A stretch of DNA of 64,000 nucleotides from Octopus sinensis (GCF_006345805.1 NC_042999.1:13950001-14014000); one strand, 5' to 3'; positions 25,465 through 37,791 are shown, counted from the first letter of the stretch. Translations and numbers: made by a program. Notes: generated from the letters alone by a model not told the origin.

Positions 25465-25850
25465 GTCATCATCATCGTTGTCCTCATCATCATCGTTGTC
25501 GTCGTCGTCATCATCATCATCATCATTTAACATCTGTTGTCCATGCTGGCATGGGTTGGACAGTCTGACCAGGCTGGCATGCTTGAAGGCTGCACCAGAC
25601 ACCAGTCTGATCTGGCATGGGTTTTCTACGGTAGGATGCCCTTCCTAACGCCAACCATTCTGAGAGTGCAATGAGTACTTTCATGTGTCACTGGCACGGG
25701 TGCCATTTGCACGATACTGGAATGTTTTTAAGTGCCACGATTGTGATTTTGCTCGGCTTGATGGGTCTTCTTGTCAAGCACGACATAATGCCTCCATGAG
25801 GCCCAACACTCAAAAGGAACTCAGCCACCTTGCCTCCACATTCTTTGTGT
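25390..25850 (-). mobile_element. RTE-LINE 3' end with expanded tail ((CAT)n on + strand, 25390-25527)
   Basis: tttaacatctgttgtccatgctggcatggg...ggatgcccttcctaacgccaacc. Confidence 0.8.
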
Positions 25851-25924
25851 GCCACAAAATAAATAAATAAATATAGATGACATTTGTGAAATAATATAAA
25901 AAAATTAATGACTATCATATCTCT

Positions 25925-26247
25925 CTTACCTTTCTTTACTCTTTTACTCTTTTACTTGTTTCATTCATTTCACTGTGGCCGTGCTGGAGCACCACCTTTT
26001 GTCGAGCAAATCGACCCAAGAACTTATTCTTTGTAAGCCTAGTACTTATTCTATCGGTCTCTTTTGCTGAACTGCTAAGTTACGGGGATGTAAACAAACC
26101 AGCATCGGTTGTCAAGCAACGTTGCGGGGACAAACACAGACACACAAACATATACACACACATACATACATACATATATATAACACTATACTTGTTCCAT
26201 GTCCTCGCGTTGTTGTGTTTTCTCTTTGTGTTCTCATGTTTGGATTA

Positions 26248-26288
<41 letters not shown>

Positions 26289-26447
26289 GGCTTCTTTCAG
26301 TTTCCATCTACCAAATCCACTCACAAGGCTTTGGTTGGCCTTAGGCTATAATAGAAGACACTTGCCAAAGGTGCTACGCAGTGGGACTGAATCCAGAACC
26401 ATGTGGTTCGTTAGCAAGCTACTTACCACACAGCCATTCCTGCGCCC
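25925..26447 (-). mobile_element. SINE-A with a ~70-bp foreign insert in the central microsatellite (26182-26250)
   Basis: Both halves colinear with SINE-A; the insert is bounded by TA runs. Confidence 0.85.
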
Positions 26448-26622
26448 ATGAAAAGAAAAAGATTTTAAATGTCTTGAACATCATTTATGTAGTTTCCTAC
26501 ATACAAAACCTCTTTAGACAAACCATAACAAGAGAAATTGTGTTATTTTTATTGCTTTTATAGATCTTCTGTCTCGAGTATTGATTAAGACACAATAATT
26601 ATCTTATTCTTTCCCTAAACAG

Positions 26623-26671
26623 ATGATGGGAAGATGGGAATAGTAGAACACCTGACTAAACAGAGTTACAG
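26623..26671 (+). CDS. Candidate 49-nt internal coding exon (xDGKMGIVEHLTKQSY(R/S)) of an unidentified host gene
   Basis: Acceptor tatcttattctttccctaaacAG, donor cag|GTAATA, one open frame, non-repetitive context; peptide not recognised. Confidence 0.35.
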
Positions 26672-27087
26672 GTAATATCTGGCAGAAAGTAATCTGCACC
26701 AATTTATCAGATAATACTGAAGATACAAAAGCGATGCATTACTTGGAAAACATATTCTTAAATAACAAGTAACCAGTTATAAAAAAGAAACAGAACAAAA
26801 ATCACCCACAGCCATTCTCGAGTATAGAAGAGATAAAACAAGATTCTGCTGTACTTCGACATTGCTATCTCACTGCAAAGGATTGTCTCAGAACATTCTG
26901 AGAGTCTGCAGCGTATGTAACGTAAGAACTGTAATCAAAATTAACACCATACTGTGCAGATTTCTTACTAAAGTAAAACCTAGCTAGCAATGAATACAAC
27001 TGCATTTGTAATATCTCCATGATTTTTGTTGAAGGTCTTGGGAAGAAGAAGAAGAAGAAGAAGCTGGGAGATTTTTACAGTTTACAA

Positions 27088-27487
27088 ACTCTTTTACTTT
27101 TTTACTCTTTTACTTGTTCCAGTCATTTGACTGCGGCCATGCTGGAGCACCGCCTTTAGTCGAGCAACTCGACCCCGGGACTTATTCTTTGTAAGCCCAG
27201 TACTTATTCTATCGGTCTCTTTTGCCGAACCGCTAAGTAACGGGGACATAAACACACCAGCATCGGTTGTCAAGCAATGCTAGGGGGACAAACACAGACA
27301 CAAACGCATATATATATATACATATATACGACAGGCTTCTTTCAGTTTCCGTCTACCAAATCCACTCACAAGGCTCTGGTCGGCCCGAGGCTATAGTAGA
27401 AGACACTTGCCCAAGGTGCCATGCAGTGGGACTGAACCCGGAACCATGTGGTTGGTAAACAAGCTACTTACCACACAGCCACTCCTG
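27088..27487 (-). mobile_element. SINE-A, full length, little decayed
   Basis: CpGs largely retained; nearly identical to 39003-39400. Confidence 0.92.
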
Positions 27488-27489
27488 AT

Positions 27490-28400
27490 TGTGCAGTTGA
27501 GAAGTTTATTTTTCCAACTGTGTGATCATTGGTTCAGTCTCACTGCATGGTACTTTGGGCAAGTACCCAAAGGTACTGAAGGCAGCGAGCTGGCAGAAAT
27601 GATAGCACGCTGGACGAAATGCTTAGCGGTATTTCGTCTGCTGCTACGTTCTGAGTTCAAATTCCGCCAAGGTCGACTTTGCCTTTCATCCTTTTGGGGT
27701 CGATTAAATAAGTACCAGTTACGCACTGGGGTTGATATAATCGACTTAATCTATTTGTCCTTGTTTGTCCCCTCTGTGTTTGGCCCCTTGTGGGTAGTAA
27801 AGAAATAGGTATTTCGTCTGCCGTTACGTTCTGAGTTCAAATTCCGCCGAGGTCGACTTTGCCTTTCATCCTTTCGGGGTCAATTAAATAAGTACCAGTT
27901 ACGCACTGGGGTCGATGTAATCGACTTAATCCATTTGACTGTCCTTGTTTGTCCTATCTGTGTTTAGCCCCTTGTGGGTAGTAAAGAAATAGGTATTTCG
28001 TCTGCCGTTACGTTCTGAGTTCAAATTCCGCCGAGGTCGACTTTGCCTTTCATCCTTTCGAGGTCGATTAAATAAGTACCAGTTACGCACTAGGGTCGAT
28101 ATAATCGACTTAATCCGTTTGACTGTCCTTGTTTGTCCCCTCTGTGTTTAGCCCCTTGTGGGTAGTAAAGAAATAGGTACTTTGGGCAAGTGTCTTCAAC
28201 TATAGCTCCAGACTGATCAAAGCTTTGTGAGTGGATTTGGTTGATATTTGCCATGGGGAAATATTACCTTGCTTGGAAACAAGTGAGTGTTTGGTGACAG
28301 GAAGGACATCCAGCTGTAGAAAAATCTGCCTCAAATAAAATTTGCCTGACCTATGCAAACATGGAGAAGTAGATGTTAAATGATGATGATGATGATGATG
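27490..28400 (+). mobile_element. Chimeric SINE (SINE-A-like head + RTE-like 3' end) interrupted by a SINE-B multimer
   Basis: Head 27490-27564 resumes at 28176; ends ggaaggacatccagctgtagaaa...gatgttaaatgatgat. Confidence 0.65.
27580..28178 (+). mobile_element. tRNA-derived SINE-B: one head plus three tandem bodies (180-184 bp), 16-bp target duplication
   Basis: Head ggcagcgagctggcagaa; B box gagttcaaattcc in each body; bodies start at 27631, 27811, 27995; ggtactttgggcaagt at 27549-27564 and 28176-28191. Confidence 0.92.
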
Positions 28401-28557
28401 AGGAGGAGGAGGAGGAGGAGAAGGTGGATGAGGATGATGAAGATGTTGATGATGATGATGATGTTGATGATGATGATGATGATGACGAAGATATTGATGA
28501 TGAGGATGGTGATAATGATGAGGATGATGATGATGATGATGATAATGATCAAGATGT

Positions 28558-28626
<69 letters not shown>

Positions 28627-28772
28627 CGATGATGAAGATATTGATGATGAGGATGATGATGATGAAGATGATGATGATGAGGATGGTGATGATGATGAGG
28701 ATGACGACGATGATGATGTTGATGATGATGATGATGATGATGATGAAGATGATGATGATGACGATGACGATG
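28377..28772 (+). repeat. Expanded degenerate (GAT)n tail (~390 bp)
   Basis: Directly follows the RTE-like terminus. Confidence 0.95.
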
Positions 28773-29447
28773 TTAATTATATTTACGTATTCCACTGATT
28801 CCACTGTAAGAAAAAAATGATTGCTGATGTTCCCTGTTTAGCACTATATATGGACTCAACCAGCAAATGGATAATGGGAAATACTCTTTGAAGTAATTCC
28901 ATGAATTGGAGCACAGTCTCAGTGACAAAGCACAATAGAAAGCATCATCTATTCAGCTCTTTGAAAGCTGAGACAAATTATTAAACTAAACCATCCATCA
29001 TTAAGTTATATTTTAGCTCAAAATTTAATTGCATGTGTGCACACTTCCACTTGCGTAAATGCATTAGCTTTTGTTTTGACAAATGCATGCTGTTGCTAGG
29101 GCAAATTCTGTTAATAATTAACTGCAGCTAATTAACAAGATGCTATCTGTTGTTCACAGGTGTTACTAAACAAAATGAGCTGCTAATGAATACGGATGTT
29201 CAAGCAGGTTGTTAATGAAATCTTATTTAGCAGAAGCTTCTTGCAATTAGTGAAAACAGGGTGGGGCAAGTTATATAGATATAATCACATACATACATAC
29301 ATGCATTTACATTATTCATACCATGTTATCCTGAGTTCAGTCCCGCTGTATGGCACCTTGGGCAAGTGTTTTCTACTATAGCCCTGGCCTGTCCATAGCC
29401 TTGTGAGTAGATTTGGTAAATGGAAATGGAAAGAAGCCTGTTGTATA

Positions 29448-29987
29448 TACAGGGTGCAGTAGAAAGGTTGCCCTGATTTCAAAGGTTAATAAAAAACAAA
29501 CACTTGATGATACATCATCATCATCATCATCATCATCGTTTAACATCTGCTTTCCATGCTAGCATGGGTTCGACGATTTTGACTGAGGGCTGGTGAACCA
29601 GATGGCTGCACCAGGCTCCAATCTGATCTGGCAGAGTTTCTACAGCTGGATGCCCTTCCTAATGCCAACCACTCCGAGAATGTAGTTGGTGCTTTTTACG
29701 TGCTACCGATATGGGGGCCAGTCAGGCGGTACTGGCAATGACCTCGCTCGAATCTTTTTACACATGCCACCGGCACAGGTGCCAGTAAGGCAATGTTGGT
29801 AACGATCTTGCTCGAATGGTGCCCTAACAATGCTCTCCATTCCAGGCAATGGTACTTACTATCTGAAACGAGGAAAGAAATGGCATTTAATGAACTTCAT
29901 AGAAATACAAAATTTTTTCATGCATCTTCATGTGTCTGTTTTTTATTAACCTTTGAAATCGGGGCAACCTTTCTACAGCCTCCTGTA
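29448..29987. mobile_element. Tc1/mariner-type MITE with ~55-bp TIRs and TA ends, interrupted by an RTE 3' end
   Basis: tacagggtgcagtagaaaggttgccctgatttcaaaggttaataaaaa vs ttttattaacctttgaaatcggggcaacctttctacagcctcctgta. Confidence 0.85.
29512..29830 (-). mobile_element. RTE-LINE 3' end nested in the MITE
   Basis: Reverse-complement terminus with CAT run at 29513-29537. Confidence 0.85.
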
Positions 29988-30326
29988 TATCTTTTATCTC
30001 TCATCTTTTACTTGTTTCAGTCGTTATAGTACAGCTTAGTGTGAACTCCACCTTGAAGAATTTGTAGTAAATAAATCGAATCCAGTACTTCTTAAGCTTG
30101 GTACATATTCTGTCAGTTTTTTTTGCCAAAATGCTAAGTTACGAAGATGTAAAAACACAAACATATCAAGCAGTTGTAGGGGATGAATACAGATACAAAA
30201 AATTAGACACACACACGTTCATACCATGTGGTCTTGTGTTCAGTCCAACTCTTGACCAAAGTCTTGTGAGTGGATTTGGTAGACAGAAACTGAAAGAAGC
30301 TCATTCTATGTGTCCATACGTACATA

Positions 30327-30360
<34 letters not shown>

Positions 30361-30394
30361 CATAAATAAACACACACACACACACACGCACATA

Positions 30395-32050
30395 TGCACC
30401 TCAATTCCTCATGAATACAGAATAGAAGCTATACAACTCTAGCTGGGAAAATTCCATTCTTGGCCGAATTGGAAACAGATTCATCATTGAAGGGATAAAA
30501 TTCATTTTATGCAATAACCTTATTAACTTCAACAAAAAACACTTACAGACAAAAGTCTGGAACTGCGATGGGAATGAGGTTACCCCCTACTTTTGCTAAC
30601 CTTGTCATGGCATACTAAGAAGTCCAAATATACAAACATGCCAAACGGAAATTTATTGAGAATTTTCAAAAATACTTACTTGCTAACTGGAAACGCTACA
30701 TAGATGAAGGTAATCACAACATTGATCAACACTTGGAATTTAAAAACTTAATTAACACTATTAGCTACAGTATCCAATTTACAATGGAATACAGTCACAA
30801 ACAGAAAGTACCCTTTCTGTACATTTTAATCATAAAAGAAGATACTAACAGTGAAATCAACACCTAATTTAACCAACAGACTCAAAACAATATCTGCTAT
30901 TAATTTCCTGCCATCCAAAGCGTACTAAAATCAATTTACCTTTTAACTTGGTAAGAACACTTTGCATGATTGCATCTAATTCTGAAACACAAGATAAACG
31001 ACTCTGAGAAATTAAAATTATATAATTAGAAAGAAAATACATGGTTAGTTTAATCAAAAACACAATAGAATGTCGAAAAATAGTAGACATCCAAGAATGA
31101 CTAAAAATGAGAAAACCTCCTGACACACTTAAAACTTTGTCATATTAACCAACACACAATCCAAGGACCATGGAAGCATACAATGTCATCAATAAGAATA
31201 TGACCCACCTGTTGAATAACTTGAAGCACACAATATCATTAATTGTAAAAGACATCTCAAATCTCTAAAAAGGTTACTTACCAGTGCCAAATTAGACACC
31301 AGAAATACACCCCACTACTAAAAAAATGCAACCACTCTAACTGTGGGACCCGCGTCAATTTTATGGAAGGTTCAACATATGACAAATATTCACTATAAAA
31401 AATCATTTTACCTGTGCATCAAAGAACTTAATTTATGTTCTCCACTGTGGTGGGTGTCGTGGGAACTACATGGGTCAAATGAGCTTGACTGTGAGGGACA
31501 GACTGAGGGTACATAGACAACAGATCCAGGACCTCACAACCACGAAAATTCCCATAAGTAAATACTTAGATCAATGCTCCACAAACATACATTCAAAATA
31601 CCAAATTCTCCCTCTTTATCAATGCACCAGAAACACTTCAACACAATTCCAATTAAATAAGGAAAGTATGTTCATCAAAAAATACAAACCACAACTAAAT
31701 ATCTTATAATAACACACAAGAAAGAGAAAATCCAATTTATTCATGAAAAATGACCAGAGACAACAGATATAAATTGAAAAGTTCAAGTAACAGACCTCCT
31801 CATAGATTCAAAACCCCAATTCCATTCTACAGTACAATAACATCATACACCTTCTCAAACATCAGTTGCTGACATCATCCCAGACTAAACCAATGACCTT
31901 TTTCTCTAGTCAAAACCGGACTCTCAGGAAAAAATAAACATTGAGTCAACTAAACCAGTGACTTCTTAAGAGAACCAACCACCTGGAATGCCAGATGACC
32001 TTCAGGAAGAAACAGGTTATAATAAAAAATCAACTAGAATACTATATATA
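30395..32050 (+). mobile_element. Penelope-like element, decayed RT plus GIY-YIG endonuclease and 3' region
   Basis: GTAMGMRLPPTFANLVMAY, WKRYIDE, IQFTMEY...VPFL, then KNLIYVLHCGGCRGNYMGQ...RLRVH...KESMFIKKYKPQLN* (to 31709); many stops and frameshifts. Confidence 0.88.
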
Positions 32051-32160
32051 TGTATTTATGACCAGACTAGCAAATGTTGCTACACATTGCTGGTCACAAT
32101 GCACTTTGCATTGTTTTAGCCTTCAAATGACGCCACCCCACTGGTTAAGCGAGCAGGCCA

Positions 32161-32210
<50 letters not shown>

Positions 32211-32271
32211 ATATATATATATATATTAATAAATAAAATAATATATAAATATAAATATAAAAATATACATA

Positions 32272-33129
32272 CATACATAAATGACTTGCCCGACGACCTC
32301 ACGCAGCACACCCTTCTATTTGCCGATGATGTCAAACTGGTTGCTCCTCACGGTGATATAGAGGATCTTCGTCGATGCCTCCACCAAATTTGGAGGTGGT
32401 CTAACGAATGGGACCTGTGTTTGAACGTGTCAAAGTGCTGTCATCTGCCTGTTGGCTCTCCTCCTGCAACTCAACTTGTTGGCAGCATGGACGCACTGGG
32501 CCGAAGGCTGCCAACAAAGCACGCGGAATTCTGTTCTTGATTCGACGGTCATTCGGAATGCTCACAGCAGCCATATTCCTACCACTTTATGTCACACTGG
32601 TGAGACCCATATTGGAATACGGGATTCAAGCCTCTTCTCCTTGTCTCCTCAAAGACATACATCATCTCGAAAGAGTCCAGAAGCTGGCTACCCGCATGGT
32701 TCATGGTCTCAAAAATTTGTCCTATGAAGAAAGGCTGAGGACGCTTGACCTTTATTCTCTAGAAAAACGCCGCCGCCGTGGTGATCTCATTCTCGCCCAC
32801 AGCATCATAAGCGGAAAGTGTAACCTCTCGAAAGAGCTGTTCTTTACTCCTGCTCCAGAGCGTCAGCTGCGGGGTCATTCCGAAAGCTCTACCTGCGACG
32901 ATTTCATCTCAATCGAAGGAGAGGAGCTTTCTCCGTCCGGGTTGCGGATCCGTGGAACAAGCTGCCAGACGAGATGGTGAAGATGCCGACGACCGCTTTG
33001 TTCAAAGCCTCCCTTGACCTCAAGTGGCCTGAACTCTTTACATGAACACCACCCTGTACTTAACTCCATGTCCCCCAACATGGCCTTGCTATTTGCTTTT
33101 GAGCCAAATTAACTAACTAACTAACTAAC
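32272..33129 (+). mobile_element. CR1-like LINE 3' fragment with internal deletion and (CTAA)n tail
   Basis: YINDLP...LFADDVKL...LNVSKC; LYVTLVRPILEYG...LERVQKLATR...LEKRRRRGDL...WNKLP. Confidence 0.92.
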
Positions 33130-33654
33130 ATATATTGGTTGGCAGCCTTTTTGTCTCGGGAGACAGTGGAGTTGCGCATAAAGTAGTCTAATCCGGCTTT
33201 GACATTTCATGTCCTGATACATTTCCTGCTGTGGCTGTGTAGTCCTATATATATATTTGTATATATATATATAAAATTTATAAATTTAAATTATTTAAAT
33301 AATTTTTTATTTTTAACTTTTATATTTTTAAATTAATTTTATGTATTGGCTTATGTTTTTCACTGTTTGATTTGCCTAATAGTGGTTTTATCTCTAATTT
33401 AATATAATATATCTATATATATATATATATGATTTGTGAAATAAAGCCACCATTGGTTTCATGTTAAGGAAGGCTTTAAAAATTATCAAGCTTATCCTGT
33501 GAAACATTGGTGTTCATCAACATTTTGAATTGCAATGCTAAGATGTAGATGACCACTGATGTTCCACGTGATAGGCTTGATAATTGTTAAGGGCTGCCTT
33601 ACCATGAAACAAATCAAGAATCTTAATTGAGCATTCATTCTCATTGTTTGCTAT

Positions 33655-33873
33655 CTGTGTGTGTATGTGTGTGTATGTATGTATGTATGTATGTATGTAT
33701 GTATGTATGTATGTATGTATGTATGTATGTATGTATATATGTATGTATGTATGTATATACGTATGTATGTATGTATGTATGTATGTATATACGTATGTAT
33801 GTATGTATGTATATACGTATGTATGTATGTATGTATGTATGTATGTATATATGTATGTATATATATATGTATG

Positions 33874-33935
<62 letters not shown>

Positions 33936-33949
33936 TATATGTATGTATG

Positions 33950-33983
<34 letters not shown>

Positions 33984-34001
33984 TGTATATATGTATGTAT
34001 G

Positions 34002-34037
<36 letters not shown>

Positions 34038-34051
34038 TGTATGTATGTATG

Positions 34052-34085
<34 letters not shown>

Positions 34086-34095
34086 TGTATGTATG

Positions 34096-34129
<34 letters not shown>

Positions 34130-34131
34130 TT

Positions 34132-34165
<34 letters not shown>

Positions 34166-34297
34166 TTTATATATATGTATGTATGTATTTATGTATGTAT
34201 ATATGTATATATGTATGTATGTATGTATATATATATGTATGTATGTATCTATGTATATATGTATGTATGTATATATGTATGTATATATGTATGTAAG

Positions 34298-34328
<31 letters not shown>

Positions 34329-34392
34329 ATATGTATGTATGTATATATGTATGTATGTATATACATACTATCTATGTGTGTGTGTGTGTATG

Positions 34393-34426
<34 letters not shown>

Positions 34427-34442
34427 TGTATATGTATGTATG

Positions 34443-34507
<65 letters not shown>

Positions 34508-34586
34508 AATGAATGTATGTATGTATGTATGTATGTATGTATGTATGTATGTATGTATGTATGTATGTATGTATGTATGTATGTAT
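33655..34586. repeat. ~930-bp (TATG)n microsatellite with TA interruptions
   Basis: Direct reading. Confidence 0.98.
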
Positions 34587-34730
34587 ACAGTGTTAGGTAT
34601 GGTCTACAGATATTGAATATTCTGAAAAAAGGTTGCCAGAATTTTGGGAAAAAATCATTTTATTTTATTTCACTTTTGGATTTGGTTTGTAAAATTCTTT
34701 ATATGAGTTCATGTGTTGAAGCATATTCTG

Positions 34731-34853
34731 TTGTGTTCTGGGGAGAGTCATTCTCTTTTAGTGCCTTATAATTTAACACACTCACTGGTAAAATTTCCGG
34801 TGAGTGTGTTAAATTGTTAAGCACTAAATGATAATGACTCTCTCCAGACACAA
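34731..34853. mobile_element. Short fold-back (~58-bp diverged arms, 8-nt loop); single-arm copy at about 41410-41475
   Basis: aatttaacacactcactgg taaaattt ccggtgagtgtgttaaatt with extended gagagtcatt/aatgactctc pairing. Confidence 0.75.
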
Positions 34854-35088
34854 CAGAATCGTTTTATTTATTCGTTATTATTAGCGCTTTTGTTCTTTTC
34901 TCGAACTTGTCAAATAGAATTTTGTGAATGTGCAAACAGCTTGTTCATTTATATAAAACAGATGTTTTTGGTGGGTTTTGTTTAGAAGAAGAGAACATTG
35001 ATTTTGTTTTTTTGGATGAGCTTCTATAACAATGGAGAGAGATAGATAGAAAGATAGGTTGGTAGATATCTACCTATATATATACATA

Positions 35089-35291
35089 TTAGAGGGAAAC
35101 CACTATGTGGACACCCTTATGCTAGAAATAGATCCACTATGGTCTTACCACTAAAAAATGTTCTCAAGAAAAATTTAGCAAAACAACCAAAACGTAATCG
35201 AGCAAGACAAAAGAAAAGGCAATAAAAATATGGATCATTCGCATACATGTTTCACTATTAACATAGTACGAAATTTTACTTACATAAATGT
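35089..35291 (+). mobile_element. TA-adjacent terminal-repeat fragment, same family as the 42889-43192 fold-back
   Basis: Matches the reverse complement of 42990-43192. Confidence 0.85.
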
Positions 35292-35734
35292 CCGTAGATC
35301 ATCGGTGTGACCATCCAGATGACTATAATTTGCTGGACTGCATACTAGGACGTCCGCACAAAGTCAGATTTGTAAACAGTTCTACCCATTACACTCGTGG
35401 TTACTATTTCAAAAGACCTCGTTTTGGCATGCTAAAATATATACATATATACATATAGTCAATTCAAATAAAGAATTAAAAATGAAAGACAGAAAAGCAA
35501 TGAACATGAGGATAAACACAAGAAGTGTATTAGCTTGACACTCAGTGAAAGGAGAGAGCTTAATATTTGAAGCATAGCCATTCGTTGGAAAGGAAGAAGG
35601 GAAAAATCCAAGGAAGAAGAAGAAGAAATTTCCAATGGCCCATGTGGAGTTACAATTAGGTGTGAAGCAGAGACCCCCAATATATATGTATATACACATA
35701 TACACATATATGGTGAAGATCATTTTTATATTGA

Positions 35735-36587
35735 AGATAAGTTTAATTTGATTCACTTTGGAAAAGAGGATACTCTGAAACTACCATATGCCACTCCCTT
35801 GGGCGACTCCCTAGTGTCATCCAACAACACCAGAGATCTTGGAGTACTTGTTGATAACAATCTAAGCCAGAGTTTCCACATAAATAGCAAGGTTGATTTG
35901 GCTGGCAAGATGTGCTCCTGGATTCTGAGAACTTTCCGGTCTAGAGATGCCCACACCATCATCCTTTTCTACTCTACTTTTGCCTGACCCTACCTTGAAT
36001 ACTGTTGCCCACTGTGGTCTCTCAATACAAAGCAACTTATTATGAAAGTGGAAGCACTCCAGAGGTCAATAACAAGAAAGATAGATGGCATGACAGGCAT
36101 TGACTATTGGGGTCAACTAAAATAACTCAATCTTTACTCTTTCCAATGCCGCCAAGAGTGCTACATCATTTGTGTGATGTGGAAAATATTCCATCAATAT
36201 TGCACAAATGATGTTGGGATCAATTTTAAAATCAACCTAAGACTTGGCCCTGTGCTATCCACACACTACAAAAATGGAACTCGGGACACATAACAACATT
36301 ATGCCACAACTACTTTACCTCAACCAGTCCAGCTCACTTTAATACCATACCAAAATTCATCAAAATGGAAATGGATCCCATAAAATTCAAAAGTTCACTG
36401 GATAAATTTCTTCAAAAAATCCCTGACCAACCTGCTACACCCGAATATGTCACCAACAATAATAACTCTTTGCTAGAGTGGGCTATGGTGCCCCATATAT
36501 GACTAAAAGACATTAGCAGGTGGTGCTATTAAGTTAGACATGGATTGGGTCTATACTGGCCAAAACCTATCAAAGTTATCAAAGTTT
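35735..36587 (+). mobile_element. CR1-like LINE 3' fragment (second lineage), atcaaagtt tail
   Basis: TRDLGVLVDNNLS...WILRTFRSR...PYLEYCCPLWS...EALQRSITRKIDGM. Confidence 0.85.
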
Positions 36588-37029
36588 ATTAGTTCTATAA
36601 AAGAGTCCAGCTGATTTTAAGAAAGTTTAAAAAAAACATTTGTAATATAATAAACAACATAAAAAAATAATGTAAGCAATATAAGAACATGCAAATTTCA
36701 AAAACCAATATGTGCCACTCAACCTAATGTGTAAGATTCACCTTGAAATGTGCAACCGACTGAAAGGACTTTCTATGCAGATTGTCTTAAGAAGTACAAC
36801 TGAGAGTAAGTCCTTATATTAAATAGGGCAATGGTTTAAGATATTCTGATTGACAAAACTTCTAAATAGACGAATCATTACTAAAAATATCATTGAATTA
36901 TGAAAATGCTTTCATAAAGTTGAACTAGTGTTGGATTTTGTAAAGTGAGTAGGCAGTTGTTTATTTTTTTCTTGGCTGTTTGGTTTAATTTAGATATCAG
37001 ATGACAGAAAAATGCCAATATCATGTTTA

Positions 37030-37480
37030 CTATATAATCAAAATCGAAATCAATCAACATCAATGGAATTTGTAGTTGTGATACCAGTGCCGGTGACATG
37101 TAAGAGAATCATCCGAATGTGGCTGTAGCCAGTGCCGCATCAACTGGCCTCCGTGCCGGTGGCACATAACAAGCACCATCCGATCATGGCTGTTGCCAAC
37201 CTTGCCTGGCCTCCATGCCAGTGGCATGTAAAAAGCACTATCCGAGCATGGCCGTTCACCAGCCTCGTCTGGCTCCTGTGTCAGTGGCACATAAAAAGCA
37301 CCCACTACACTCACGGAGTGGTTGGCATTTAGGAAGGGCATCCAGCTGTAGAAACACTGCCAGATCTGACTAGGTCTGGTGCAGCCTTCGGGCTTCCCAG
37401 ACCCCAGTTGAACCGTCCAACCCATGCTAGCATGGAAAGCGGACATTAAACGATGATGATGATGATGATGATGATGATGA
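37030..37480 (+). mobile_element. RTE-LINE 3' UTR copy
   Basis: Colinear with 10790-11798 but with fewer units; GAT tail. Confidence 0.9.
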
Positions 37481-37489
37481 TATATATGA

Positions 37490-37675
37490 TAGATCGTTAG
37501 CCACTACACACATTTTTTCTCTCCTTGTATTTTTTTTCTGTGTCACTTTCTGTAGAAGAGCGTAGGCTTGAAACGTAAAAGACTTTTTCTATTCCTGAGC
37601 GTTATACTAATACATCTGTTTGTTTTGTACACCACCTGTCTTCGTCTTTTGTTTTTTCGTAAACTCTCCCTATAT
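37490..37675 (+). mobile_element. Penelope-like terminal fragment with hammerhead-like motif
   Basis: ctttCTGTAGAagagcgtaggcttGAAAcgTAaaag; homologous to 2770-2965. Confidence 0.55.
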
Positions 37676-37791
37676 ATATATATATATATATGGAGAGAGA
37701 GAGATTGATATGTTTATTTACATGCAGTTAAGTCTATGTCCAGTCATAGATAGATGTGTGTATATGTGTATGTATAAAAGACTAATACATG

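Noticed and set aside
28373-28820. Poly-Asp/Met/Ile ORFs
   Set aside because: Expanded (GAT)n retroelement tail.
29160-29207. Candidate 48-nt exon (GVTKQNELLMNTDVQA)
   Set aside because: Donor GTTGTT is poor; no other support.
33627-34771. Long ORFs of 211-375 aa (MYVC/HTYI repeats), likewise at 0-1.6, 16-17.6 and 49 kb
   Set aside because: Stop-free translations of (TATG)n-type microsatellites.
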